Of a DNA stretch of 32,000 nt, positions 1-10,800 are shown piece after piece. Both the position numbers and the translations under genes were made by a program. The notes under the pieces are model-generated. The model saw only the letters and a list, made by a program, of their open reading frames with translations, was not told where the DNA came from and ran no database searches. Within the stretch, counting starts at the first letter, position 1. Each line of letters begins with the position of its first letter. The stretch is taken from the NCBI RefSeq assembly GCF_000195975.1, contig NC_005070.1, forward strand, positions 90,001-122,000, read 5' to 3'. Origin of the DNA: Parasynechococcus marenigrum WH 8102. Lineage in GTDB: Bacteria > Cyanobacteriota > Cyanobacteriia > PCC-6307 > Cyanobiaceae.

Positions 1-64
1 TCGTTCCTATGCCTCCAACCCAGACCTGCCGGCCCGTCTGGGGGGAACCTGGCGTCAGGAGCAT

Positions 65-1012
65 TTGATCTATCTCGCTGGAGATCTGCGTCGCCGTTGG
101 CGCGAGCAGTTGCTCTCCATGTCTCAGCTGTTGCGTGGCCGCTTAACAGGTCGTTTTCGCCAGCCGCCCAACCCAATCACGCCGGCTCAACCCAGCCGTG
201 GCGTGATCTGTCTGGCGGACGACAACTACTTCTTTGGTGTACGGCTGCTGTATCAGTCCCTAGCGGGGCAGGTTCCCCTCACCGTCTATGACCTTGGACT
301 TGGTGATCGTGCTCGTCGTTGGGTGGACAGCCACAACGGCATCAGCATCCGGCCGATTCCACAGTCGCCACTGGTGCAGGCCGTGCGGGAGGCCTGCGGA
401 GAGCGCAGCCTGGCCAAGGCCACCAAGCGTGAATGGCCGTTATGGATCTGCCCAGAGTTGCTGTTGGATGCTCCTTATCAGCAGGTCGCCTGGATTGATG
501 CGGATGCGGTGGTGCTTCGCGGCCTGCCGAAGCTGTTCCAGCGCATCAATCGAGCCCCCTTCATCACACCGGAGAATCTGGCGCCGGAGCTAACCGCCAA
601 TCCCTATGAGTTGTATGAGGCGCTCCCCCTGGCCCGTGGGCGCCCCTCAGCGCCGCCGATTCTCCTGAATGCTGGTGTCAGCGGTTGGGATCAGCAGCGT
701 GATCGTCATCTTCTTGAGGCTTACAACCACCCCGTGCGTTGCATCTTTCAGGGGAAGTCTCTGAATCGTGAACTGGTGCGTTGGCATGACCAGGGTTGTT
801 TGATCTGGGCTCTGCAAAACGCCGGATATGACGCTTCAATTCTTCAACATCGACGCTGGAATCTTTGTGTCCGTCACAGCGGACTGGCTGGTTTGAAGGT
901 CGATCCATCCAGCTGTGATCTGGAGATTCAGGCCTGGTTGGACCATGCCCGTTCCTTAGAGCCAAAGGCCAACATTGTTCACTGGAATGGCCACACCGTC
1001 CCTTGGCTCTAA
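65..1012 (+). CDS. Glycosyltransferase family 8-like nucleotide-diphospho-sugar transferase
   Basis: GT8-type layout in the ORF-track protein: VICLADDNYFFGVRLLYQSL (first Rossmann strand), AWIDADAVVLRGL (DxD) and LNAGVSGWD. The frame is open from nt 2 to the window edge. The start could therefore be TTG 65, ATG 119 or upstream of the window. Confidence 0.6.
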   Translation: MIYLAGDLRRRWREQLLSMSQLLRGRLTGRFRQPPNPITPAQPSRGVICLADDNYFFGVRLLYQSLAGQVPLTVYDLGLGDRARRWVDSHNGISIRPIPQSPLVQAVREACGERSLAKATKREWPLWICPELLLDAPYQQVAWIDADAVVLRGLPKLFQRINRAPFITPENLAPELTANPYELYEALPLARGRPSAPPILLNAGVSGWDQQRDRHLLEAYNHPVRCIFQGKSLNRELVRWHDQGCLIWALQNAGYDASILQHRRWNLCVRHSGLAGLKVDPSSCDLEIQAWLDHARSLEPKANIVHWNGHTVPWL

Positions 1013-1051
1013 CGACCGAAATCAACGCGCTCCATACAATCCTTTGATCGA

Positions 1052-1843
1052 TTGCTGGGGCTGGTGTTGATCCGGAGGATTTGGCCGTGGTACTCGCGAC
1101 CTCGCGGTCCGCAGCAGGTTCTAACGGTGCTGGGCATGCACCGCAGTGGCACCAGCCTGCTGACCGGAACTCTGCAGGAGGCCGGATTGGTGTTGGGGGA
1201 TGTTGTGACGGCCGCCCCACACAACCGCAAGGGCAACCGCGAATCATTGCCGATCCGTGCGTTGCACGACGACTTGATGCAGCGAGCCGGTGGCGACTGG
1301 GATCGGCCACCGCAACAGGTGAGCTGGCAGCCGGTGCACACAGCACTGCGGGATGCCGTGATTGATTCCCATCTCCATGACAGCTTCTGGGGGTTCAAGG
1401 ATCCCCGCACACTGTTCTGCCTCGAGGGTTGGCTCGATGTGCTGCCGAATCTGCAGATGGTGGCGATTGTTCGCCATCCCGAAGCTGTGGCTCGGTCTCT
1501 GCAGGCTCGCAATGGCATGGCCTTGGCGGATGGCCTGGAACTTTGGCGCCTTTACAACGCACGCCTCCTGGACTGGCTCGAGCGTCGGCCAGGGATGCCG
1601 CTCTTGCATTTCGACGACGATTTAGGTCGCTTCCGCGTCGATGTCGTCGCGTTAACGACAACCCTTGCGTTGCCCAGACGACTCAAGTCCGATGCGCTCC
1701 GTTTCCCGGATGCAGCGCTGCAACACCAGCGATCGGGCCAGGAACCCTTGCCTCCGGCGGTGGATGCCTTGTATCAGCAGCTGCTTGAGCGGCGCTTCAG
1801 CCTGTGTTTTCCCCCAGAAACTCCAAGATCTCTCGATCTTTAA
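1052..1843 (+). CDS. Sulfotransferase family protein (PAPS-dependent type)
   Basis: 5'-PSB-like motif VLGMHRSGTS and 3'-PB-like IVRHPEAVARS. The start is TTG and uncertain (GTG 1064 is an alternative). The 3' end overlaps the cysE 3' end convergently by 47 nt. Confidence 0.7.
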   Translation: MLGLVLIRRIWPWYSRPRGPQQVLTVLGMHRSGTSLLTGTLQEAGLVLGDVVTAAPHNRKGNRESLPIRALHDDLMQRAGGDWDRPPQQVSWQPVHTALRDAVIDSHLHDSFWGFKDPRTLFCLEGWLDVLPNLQMVAIVRHPEAVARSLQARNGMALADGLELWRLYNARLLDWLERRPGMPLLHFDDDLGRFRVDVVALTTTLALPRRLKSDALRFPDAALQHQRSGQEPLPPAVDALYQQLLERRFSLCFPPETPRSLDL

Positions 1844-2543
1844 GGCTTTGGGACTCGCCACGGCAGACGTCCCGCAGCTGACGCCCTTCTGCAACTTCCT
1901 TGAGACAGCGCTGCAGATTGCTCACCGTGCTCTCCAGTTCGTCGATCCGCTCCATCAGGTTGCGAATCACGTTGGCTTCCGCATCCGGTAGGGCGGAGTG
2001 GGCCAGGGGATTGATCCGCACGCCGCTCTGGTGAATCACCCGACCCGGGATTCCAACCACCGTGCAATCGGCGTCCACATCACGCACCACCACAGAGCCA
2101 GCGCCGATCCGGGTGTTGGCTCCGATGTTGATGGCCCCCAGCACCTTGGCGCCAGCTCCCACCACCACGTTCTCAGCCAGCGTGGGATGGCGTTTGCCGT
2201 GGTCTTTGCCGGTGCCACCCAGGGTCACACCCTGATACAGCAGACAGCGGTGGCCCACCTCGGCGGTTTCGCCGATCACCACCCCCATGCCGTGGTCGAT
2301 GAATACGCTGCGGCCTATGCGGGCTCCGGGATGAATCTCGATGCCGGTGAGGGTGCGGCTGATCTGGCTGAGGCAGCGGGCTGCCAGCTTCAGGGGGAGT
2401 GGGCTACGCCACAGGCTGTGGCTGAGGCGATGCAGGCTCAGGGCCTGAAAGCCTGGATAACAGCAGATGATCTCTAGCCAGCCACGAGCTGCCGGGTCGC
2501 GCTCACGGATGATCGCGAAGTCGGCGCGGATGTGATCGAACAT
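1797..2543 (-). CDS. cysE: Serine O-acetyltransferase
   Basis: N-terminus MFDHIRADFAIIRERDPAA...CYPGFQALSLHRLSH, followed by hexapeptide repeats (GARIGRSVFIDHGMGVVIGETAEVG...GVTLGGTG). ATG start at 2541-2543. Confidence 0.9.
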   Translation of the reverse strand: MFDHIRADFAIIRERDPAARGWLEIICCYPGFQALSLHRLSHSLWRSPLPLKLAARCLSQISRTLTGIEIHPGARIGRSVFIDHGMGVVIGETAEVGHRCLLYQGVTLGGTGKDHGKRHPTLAENVVVGAGAKVLGAINIGANTRIGAGSVVVRDVDADCTVVGIPGRVIHQSGVRINPLAHSALPDAEANVIRNLMERIDELESTVSNLQRCLKEVAEGRQLRDVCRGESQSLKDREILEFLGENTG

Positions 2544-2553
2544 CGGGTTGGGG

Positions 2554-3681
2554 TCAGCTGGCGGCCGCCGGGGTCTGCAGGCCGATCTCCTTGCGGAGGA
2601 GCTCGATCGTATCGGTGCTGAGGTAGCTCTCGGCGCAATGCACCTGCGGCATGCGCATCAGCTGGGAGCGGTTCTGGCGCAGACTTTGCTCCACCAACGG
2701 CAGGCTGGGGCGGTCGCAAAGCACGTGGCTGGAGGCTCGCAGGAGAGCCAGCAGGCGGCTGCCCACGTCAGGGGTGGCTGTCATTACCAGCAGTTCATTG
2801 CCGCGCATGGAGTGGAGGATCACCTCCGCCGCACGCAGGATGCCTGGGCTGATGCTCACCAGGCCAACGCAACTGCCGGGGCGGAGTTCCTTGAGCATGG
2901 CCAGCTCGTGGCGGAAGTCGTTGAGATCCACGGCCACAGCGCGAACACTGTGCTTTTTAACTAGGTCCTCCACGGGTTGGAGGAAGTAGCGGCTGGTCAC
3001 CACGGTGCCGTTGCTGGAACTCTCCAGCACACTTTCCAGCTCCTCCATCGGCACCACTTCAACGGGCACATCGAGGCTGGGTTCCAGTTCCTCAGCGATC
3101 AACATCGACGCTCCGATGTCTTCGCGGGGGGTGCTCACCAGCACCCGGGCGCCGCAGCGCAATCGCCAGTCGATCTCGCGGGTCAGCAGTTCACGGGTCT
3201 GCTGCAGGGTGCAGCCGGCATTGAGCAGGCCGTCCACACACTTGCGCACCTCGCGATCGAGATCGGTCACCCCGCGGTTACGGATGTGAGGTGGTGTCTT
3301 GATCTCACGCGGCTTTTGCTGATCGCGCACGTAGATGCCGGAGCCGGCCATGGCTTCCACCACGCCGTCGGTCTCGAGCTGCCGGTACACCTTGCTGATC
3401 GTGTTGCGGTGAAGGCCGGTCTGCATCGCCAGTTGGCGGGTGCTCGGCAAACGGTGGCCGGGGGGGTAGTGCCGAGCTGCGATCGCGAAGCAGATCTGGT
3501 TGTACAGCTGGGTCGACGCCGGGATGTCGCTTTCCTGCTGGATGTGGAATCGCACGCCGGTGGGCCAGGTGGGAATGCGGCCACCATAAGGAGCGATTCC
3601 TGTGGTGACAATTGGGGGTGTGGCCTGTGGACCTGTGACAATTTCCGAATCAACGAGCGCTGGCTGGGTGTCTGTGGCCAT
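2554..3681 (-). CDS. GntR-family transcriptional regulator (cyanobacterial PlmA-subfamily-like)
   Basis: Winged-HTH signature QLYNQICFAIAARHYPPGHRLPSTRQLAMQTGLHRNTISKVYRQLETDGVVEAMAGSGIYV. The ORF is open to 3876. I chose the internal ATG at 3679-3681 (MATDTQ...). GTG at 3553-3555 (VRFHIQQ) is an alternative. The stop lies 10 nt upstream of the cysE start on the same strand. Confidence 0.8.
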   Translation of the reverse strand: MATDTQPALVDSEIVTGPQATPPIVTTGIAPYGGRIPTWPTGVRFHIQQESDIPASTQLYNQICFAIAARHYPPGHRLPSTRQLAMQTGLHRNTISKVYRQLETDGVVEAMAGSGIYVRDQQKPREIKTPPHIRNRGVTDLDREVRKCVDGLLNAGCTLQQTRELLTREIDWRLRCGARVLVSTPREDIGASMLIAEELEPSLDVPVEVVPMEELESVLESSSNGTVVTSRYFLQPVEDLVKKHSVRAVAVDLNDFRHELAMLKELRPGSCVGLVSISPGILRAAEVILHSMRGNELLVMTATPDVGSRLLALLRASSHVLCDRPSLPLVEQSLRQNRSQLMRMPQVHCAESYLSTDTIELLRKEIGLQTPAAAS

Positions 3682-3734
3682 TGGGCCGCTGCCGCTGCGC
3701 TGTTGGTGGTCACCCCCCGCTGGCTGCCGGCGCG

Positions 3735-3762
3735 ATATTGATAATATTTCGATTGAAAATCG
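3735..3762. promoter_or_regulatory. Two tandem 13-bp palindromes (candidate operator) in the divergent regulator/DLH spacer
   Basis: ATATTgatAATAT (3735-3747) and CGATTgaaAATCG (3750-3762). Both have 5-3-5 arms and share the core ATTGAnAAT. Their centres are 15 bp apart, in the only AT-rich patch of this region. Confidence 0.35.
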
Positions 3763-3772
3763 TGCATATATC

Positions 3773-4387
3773 GTGCTACCGGAGGTGTTCGGGGTGAATG
3801 CCTGGGTCCGTTCGGTCGCCGATCGCCTTGCGGCGCAGGGGATTCCGGCGTTGGCCGTGCCCCTGTTTGCCCGCACCGCCCCAGAGTTGGAGCTCGCTTA
3901 CGAATCGTGCGATCTGGCCCAAGGGCGCGCCCACAAGGACGCCACCACCGCTTCGCAAATCCTCAGCGATGTCTCAGCGGCCGTGGCTTGGTTGCAGCAG
4001 CGCTGCCCCAACGCCGCCATTGATCTGGCCGGCTTCTGCTTCGGGGGCCATGCCGCCCTGCTGGCGGCCACGCTGCCGCAGATCCGCCACAGTTTCGATT
4101 TCTACGGCGCTGGGGTCAGCCGCATGCGTCCTGGTGGTGGTGCCCCCTCCCTCGAGCTGTTGCCGCAGGTGTCCGGCCAGCTCACCTGTGTTTGTGGCAG
4201 CGCTGATCCGCTCATTCCAGAGGAGGATCGCACCACAATCAGATCGGCTCTGGCTGCGGCTGATCCCTCAGGCAAGCGTATGAGTTACATCGAAATCGAT
4301 GGAGTGGACCACGGCTTCATGTGCGAGGCGCGCGGCAGCTTTGATGCCGATGCTTCTGCCTTGGGTTGGCAGTTGATGCTGGCCTAG
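3773..4387 (+). CDS. Dienelactone hydrolase family protein (start uncertain)
   Basis: [33 protein letters not shown], nucleophile elbow [10 protein letters not shown], and C-terminal DHGFMCE. The ORF opens at 3602, but 3602-3772 overlaps the regulator N-terminus and an AT-rich palindromic spacer. GTG 3773 is the first plausible start after that spacer. Confidence 0.7.
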   Translation: MLPEVFGVNAWVRSVADRLAAQGIPALAVPLFARTAPELELAYESCDLAQGRAHKDATTASQILSDVSAAVAWLQQRCPNAAIDLAGFCFGGHAALLAATLPQIRHSFDFYGAGVSRMRPGGGAPSLELLPQVSGQLTCVCGSADPLIPEEDRTTIRSALAAADPSGKRMSYIEIDGVDHGFMCEARGSFDADASALGWQLMLA

Positions 4388-5037
4388 GCCTGTTGGGCGG
4401 CTACCTTGGCGGCGGTGGGTCGAGGCGGAGCCGGGATGGTGCGCACCGCCTTGGTCGGTGCAGCCTCCTTCTCCTCCTTCTTCACCAGCGGAGTCTTACG
4501 CGGTGTGAGGAACATGATCATGTTGCGACCCTCGCGCTTGGGAGCCTGCTGGATCTCAGCCTTCTCCTCCAGATCCTTCGCCATGCGGCGCAACAGGGTT
4601 TCCGCGAGCGCCGTGTGCTGAATCTCCCGGCCGCGGAAGATCACCGTGCACTTCACCTTGTCGCCAGCTTTAAGAAAGCGCACGGCCTGGCCGATGCGCA
4701 CGTCGTAGTCGTGCTGGTCGATCTTGTAGCGCATCTTGACCTCCTTGACTTCGGTCTGATGCGACTTCTTCTTGGCTTCCTTGGCTTTCTTTTCCTGCTC
4801 GAATTTGAACTTGCCGTAGTCCATGATCCGGCAAACCGGTGGATCGGCCTTCTCGCTCACCAGCACCAGGTCCAGCTCGCGCTCCTTGGCCACCTCCAGG
4901 GCTTCCTCCCTGCTGATCACCCCGAGCTGACTGCCATCTGAGTCGACCACCCTTAACTGGGGGTAGCTGATCCGGTCGTTGATGTTGGGCAGCTCCCGAA
5001 CAGGAGCACGACGGTCAAAACGGGGGCGTGGGGGCAT
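4384..5037 (-). CDS. infC: Translation initiation factor IF-3
   Basis: [69 protein letters not shown] start at 5035-5037. The stop overlaps the DLH stop inside the palindrome CCTAGG. Confidence 0.95.
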   Translation of the reverse strand: MPPRPRFDRRAPVRELPNINDRISYPQLRVVDSDGSQLGVISREEALEVAKERELDLVLVSEKADPPVCRIMDYGKFKFEQEKKAKEAKKKSHQTEVKEVKMRYKIDQHDYDVRIGQAVRFLKAGDKVKCTVIFRGREIQHTALAETLLRRMAKDLEEKAEIQQAPKREGRNMIMFLTPRKTPLVKKEEKEAAPTKAVRTIPAPPRPTAAKVAAQQA

Positions 5038-5093
5038 TCAGGCGGAGACAGGGACAGATGCAGACAACTCGAGGATCACAACGTCTGCATCCT

Positions 5094-5996
5094 TCACCTT
5101 AGATGCTGCTCGATCAACGTCATCGCCTGATCAAGTTCTGTAGCCGGCGCCAGCCAATGGGGCTGGTGCTGGCGCCGGAACCAGGTGCGCTGACGCTTGG
5201 CGAATTGCCGCGTGCGCTGGGTGGTGATTCGGTTGGCTTTCGCCTGGTTCATCGTTCCTTCGAGGAGCTGCAGGGCCTCGCCGTAGCCAATGGTCTGCAG
5301 CAATGGCAGATCAGCGCCGTAGCGCTCCGAAAGTTGCCGGGTCTCCTCCACCAACCCGTCGCTGTAGAGCTGGTCGGTGCGCTGCTGAATGCGCTGGCGC
5401 AGGTTGGCAGGATCTAGCCCCAGTTCCAAAACCCGCCAGGGCGGTGGTGTAGCTGTGGCCTGGCTGCTCATCGGTCGACCGGTGGCGTACAGCACCTCCA
5501 GAGCCCGTTGGGTGCGTACGGCATCAGCGGGGGCGATCTTGGCGCCGGCCGTTGGATCGGCCTGCTGGAGCAGCGGATGGCAGATCGCTTGACCCAATTG
5601 GCTCAGCTGCTCACGCAGCTGCGCCTGCGGTGGCACCGCCGGTGGTTTGAGGCCACTGGTGAGGGCCTTGAGATACAAGCCACTACCCCCCACCAGCAGT
5701 GCCATGCCCCTGCTTTGCAGCTCACGCTGGATGCAGGGCTCGGCCTCCGCCTGAAATTCCTGCAGGGTGATCGGCTGATCGGGGTTGCGTAGATCCAGCA
5801 AATGGTGTGGCACCCGCGCCCGTTGCTCCGCCGTCGGTTTGGCGGTGCCCACGGTCATCTCCCGGTACAGCTGCCTGGAATCCACGTTGATCACCGGCAG
5901 ATTGAGCCGTTCAGCGATCTCCAGCGACAGGGCTGTTTTGCCGCTGGCGGTGGGCCCCAGCAACGTGATCACCAAGGGTTCTGGCTGCGTCAACAA
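5094..5996 (-). CDS. miaA: tRNA dimethylallyltransferase
   Basis: P-loop [46 protein letters not shown] start immediately after an in-frame stop. Confidence 0.9.
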   Translation of the reverse strand: MLTQPEPLVITLLGPTASGKTALSLEIAERLNLPVINVDSRQLYREMTVGTAKPTAEQRARVPHHLLDLRNPDQPITLQEFQAEAEPCIQRELQSRGMALLVGGSGLYLKALTSGLKPPAVPPQAQLREQLSQLGQAICHPLLQQADPTAGAKIAPADAVRTQRALEVLYATGRPMSSQATATPPPWRVLELGLDPANLRQRIQQRTDQLYSDGLVEETRQLSERYGADLPLLQTIGYGEALQLLEGTMNQAKANRITTQRTRQFAKRQRTWFRRQHQPHWLAPATELDQAMTLIEQHLR

Positions 5997-6090
5997 TCAA
6001 GCGGGGGGTCCACCCCAGGATGGAACGGCGCGTGAGAGGCCTCTAGATGCCTCTATAGACAGCCGGTGGTAGATTGAGAATGCCAGGTAA

Positions 6091-8114
<2,024 letters not shown>

Positions 8115-8115
<1 letters not shown>

Positions 8116-8465
8116 TGCGGCCTGTTCATTCAGGACCTGTTCAATCGGGCGTTGGTCAGATCGGTGGACTGTTGCGCTGGAGCTGGCTGTTGGGTGTCGC
8201 CCTGATGGCGCCTGCGGCTTTGCCGGCAGGCGGTGGAGATTGCAGGCAGCCCCAGCTGCGGCGGCGCAGCGGCATTGGTCCTCTGCATCTCAATGCCGAG
8301 TCGCCTCTGCAGGTCAGTCCTCTAGCGGTAGCGCCAAGGCTGCGCACCTTGCCGGTGGGCACCTCGTTGCGTTTGCTCAGGCGTTGGTCCGGCTCCGATG
8401 GTCAGGACTGGCTACAGGTGCAGACCCTGGCAGGAGAGCAACGTCGTGGCTGGATCCGCGCCTGA
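8115..8465 (+). CDS. Small exported SH3b-like protein (hypothetical)
   Basis: Hydrophobic N-terminal segment [22 protein letters not shown]-terminal bacterial SH3-like pattern [39 protein letters not shown]. The ATG overlaps the gyrB TGA (TGATG). Confidence 0.5.
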
Positions 8466-8826
8466 GGCACTGCTGGTTGGCCTGGGGGCGATCCCCGGTG
8501 CCTGGTTGCGGCTGAAGGTGGTCAATCACTTCGAGCCGATGGTGCCCAAGAAGCACTGGGGCACGCTCCTGGTGAATGTGATTTCCTCCTTTGCCCTTGG
8601 CCTCGTGCTGGCGCTTGATGAAACCTGCTCTGCCAGCTCTGGCATCGCTCTGCTGATGGGGGTGGGGTTCTTCGGCACCCTCAGCACCTTTTCCACCTTT
8701 GTTGTGGAGCTTTTGAACGAGTTGCGGGCTGGTCATTTGCTTGCCGCTGCCGCCTTGGCCGTGATCTCCATCGTGGCGGGGTTGATCGCCGCTGCCGCCG
8801 GTTACGGCCTGGGGGCCTATGGCTGA
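8446..8826 (+). CDS. crcB: Fluoride channel CrcB/Fluc, copy 1
   Basis: [28 protein letters not shown] and [12 protein letters not shown]. The ORF opens at 8398. GTG 8446 gives a typical length of about 126 aa. Confidence 0.85.
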   Translation: MAGSAPEALLVGLGAIPGAWLRLKVVNHFEPMVPKKHWGTLLVNVISSFALGLVLALDETCSASSGIALLMGVGFFGTLSTFSTFVVELLNELRAGHLLAAAALAVISIVAGLIAAAAGYGLGAYG

Positions 8827-9217
8827 ACAGTTCTCCATGCTGCGCAGCGAACTCACCGAGTTGCTGCTGGTGGCTGTCGGTGCAGTGCCCGGTGCCTTGC
8901 TGCGCTGGCAGCTGGCCCATCATCTGGGGGATCAGAACCTGCTGGTCAACGTTTTGGGGGCAGCCCTCCTCGGCTTGCTGGCCGGACGTCCTGTGGCACC
9001 TCGCCGACAGTTGCTTGTGGGCATCGGCTTCTGCGGCTCGCTCACCACCTTCAGCAGCTGGATGCTGGCGGCTATGAAGCACGTCAGTGCTGGTGATTGG
9101 CCCGCCGCCTTGGGATTAATTGGGCTGACCCTCGGGCTGGGGCTGGGTGCCGCAGCCCTCGGGTTCAGTCTGGGGCGACGGCTCAGGCCGCCAGAGCAGC
9201 CTCGATCGGAGCCTTAA
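8819..9217 (+). CDS. crcB: Fluoride channel CrcB/Fluc, copy 2
   Basis: [31 protein letters not shown] and [12 protein letters not shown]. The ATG overlaps the stop of copy 1 by 8 nt. Confidence 0.85.
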   Translation: MAEQFSMLRSELTELLLVAVGAVPGALLRWQLAHHLGDQNLLVNVLGAALLGLLAGRPVAPRRQLLVGIGFCGSLTTFSSWMLAAMKHVSAGDWPAALGLIGLTLGLGLGAAALGFSLGRRLRPPEQPRSEP

Positions 9218-9656
9218 GTTCCTCAGGGTCCACACCGCTCTTGTAGCGGGCGATCACCGTGCCGTCCTTGCCCACCAGGAATTTCTCGAAGTTCCAGGCC
9301 ACGTCACCGGTGGGGTCCATCTGGTTGAGGGTGGAGTATGGCTCGGTGGTGCTGCCCATGGCGTGCACCTTCTCGAACAGCTCGAAGTCGGCGCCGTAGG
9401 TGGTGGAGCAGAAGCTCTTGATCTCCTCAAGGCTGCCGGGCTCCTGGGCACCGAAGTCGTTGCAGGGGAAACCCAGCACCGCCAGGCCCTTGTCGGCGTA
9501 GGCCGCGTTGAGGCCCTGGAGTCCGGCGTACTGCTTGGTGAAGCCGCAGCGGCTGGCCACATTCACGATCAGGAGAACTTTGCCGGAGTAGTCACCCAGG
9601 GATTTGCTGCTGCCGTCGGGAGTGGTGACGGTCACGTTGCTGACGCTGATCGCCAT
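9183..9656 (-). CDS. gpx: Glutathione peroxidase (Cys type)
   Basis: GKVLLIVNVASRCGFTKQY, LAVLGFPCNDFGAQEPGS and WNFEKFLVGKDG. ATG at 9654-9656. Confidence 0.9.
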   Translation of the reverse strand: MAISVSNVTVTTPDGSSKSLGDYSGKVLLIVNVASRCGFTKQYAGLQGLNAAYADKGLAVLGFPCNDFGAQEPGSLEEIKSFCSTTYGADFELFEKVHAMGSTTEPYSTLNQMDPTGDVAWNFEKFLVGKDGTVIARYKSGVDPEELKAPIEAALAA

Positions 9657-10640
9657 GGTTTCGAGAAAGACAATTTAGATATTAATCATCTTTGTTTTTG
9701 TTCTGCTGTGCTCGAATTCTTTCCTCGAGCTGGCTGATCGAAGCGCGTAGTTTGTTTGAGTTCGGCCTCATGGTTAAAAGATGCTGCTTAAGTATTAAGG
9801 ATGCCATTAAATTTCCAGATTTTTTGTGCCGCGCTGCAATGCGTTTTAAGTCCCTGTTTGTTAATCCTAAATTGGCCAATCGGAATCTGAGTTGATAGCG
9901 CTCGCTGATCCATGGTTTCTGCCTGATTGGTGCAGGGTCTGCCATGGCGCTGAGGTCAGTGGAATAACCGTAATGAGCAAAGTCTTCTGCATAGATCAAG
10001 CGTATCAGCGATGCTTCTTCTGGATTGATTTCATCCCGATATGTTCCGGTTGAGCCTGTTGGCCGTGGGTTGCGCGTTAACAATTTGATCGAATTTTTTT
10101 CCAGAAAGAGTTTCAGGCTCTTGATGTCTTCTATCCTGCCAATATAGGATGGGGTGATGTCCTTTGAGTGTAGAGTAAAGACTTGAGGGCGGTAGTGGAT
10201 GTCGAATTGGCTTGGATTGATTTTGGTTGAGGATAAGGCTTTTAAAAATTCGAGAAAGGTTGGCTTTGCGTGGGCGTTGAAACCAAATGCTCGTGCGAAC
10301 GGGAGCCAGACATTCCCAGTGGTTTCTTTGCCCCAGCCAATTTTATTTTTATAGCAAGAAATAGCACGACTGTAGGGATTGCGAGTTATCGTGATGATCT
10401 CGTGGTTGGAGTCGTTGGGATATTCGCAGATCTCTTCGATGGCGCGATGAACATTGCCTGTACATCCTCCTAGTAGTGAGTTTTTAATGGTTGAGCATGC
10501 CGCTTTTGGGTTGGAGATGTAGGTAATCGATTTATCGGGATGATGCAAAATATTTTTTAGATCAACATATTGCGGACTGGTGTTAATTGGCATATGCGCT
10601 CTGCTTAACTCTTGACTGTCAACTCAGACAGATAGCATTC
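9657..10640. other. AT-rich islet A (single sulfotransferase gene) between gpx and mgtE
   Basis: Compositional drop (32 % GC in line 9661-9720 against 60 % in backbone line 8641-8700). One accessory-type gene. Borders are approximate. Confidence 0.55.
9682..10593 (-). CDS. Sulfotransferase (Sulfotransfer_2-like), AT-rich islet gene
   Basis: 5'-PSB-like ISNPKAACSTIKNSL and 3'-PB-like ITITRNPYSRAISCY. The local sequence is AT-rich (19/60 GC in line 9661-9720). Confidence 0.65.
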   Translation of the reverse strand: MPINTSPQYVDLKNILHHPDKSITYISNPKAACSTIKNSLLGGCTGNVHRAIEEICEYPNDSNHEIITITRNPYSRAISCYKNKIGWGKETTGNVWLPFARAFGFNAHAKPTFLEFLKALSSTKINPSQFDIHYRPQVFTLHSKDITPSYIGRIEDIKSLKLFLEKNSIKLLTRNPRPTGSTGTYRDEINPEEASLIRLIYAEDFAHYGYSTDLSAMADPAPIRQKPWISERYQLRFRLANLGLTNRDLKRIAARHKKSGNLMASLILKQHLLTMRPNSNKLRASISQLEERIRAQQNKNKDD

Positions 10641-10800
10641 CGCCAGCTTTGCAGCAGTGTCAAGTGCTGAAGCTGATCTTGCGCCGTTGAAAGAGCAAGG
10701 GCGCAAAGCTATGGCTGGCCATGGACCAGAGCGAGGTCATCTGTGTGCATGAGGCTCTTCGGCTGTAACGGCCATACACTTGGGCGCCGGCTTGTGAGCG

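Noticed and set aside
1-64. A possible separate upstream gene ending in the first 64 nt.
   Set aside because: The frame of the GT8-like ORF is open from nt 2, so these bases may belong to the same gene. This cannot be resolved without upstream sequence.
1052-2543. A functional sulfur-pathway operon linking the sulfotransferase with cysE.
   Set aside because: The two genes are convergent, so they cannot be co-transcribed. The adjacency may be coincidental.
3602-3772. The long 261-aa form of the dienelactone hydrolase ORF.
   Set aside because: The extension does not resemble the family. It overlaps the regulator N-terminus and crosses the AT-rich palindromic promoter-like spacer. It is retained as an alternative in the findings.
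10678-10708. A hairpin (ttgcgcc...ggcgcaa) in the mgtE leader, considered as part of an Mg-sensing M-box riboswitch.
   Set aside because: It is only a 7-bp stem with a bulge. The roughly 200-nt leader shows none of the multi-helix M-box organisation I can recognise. A covariance-model scan would be needed.
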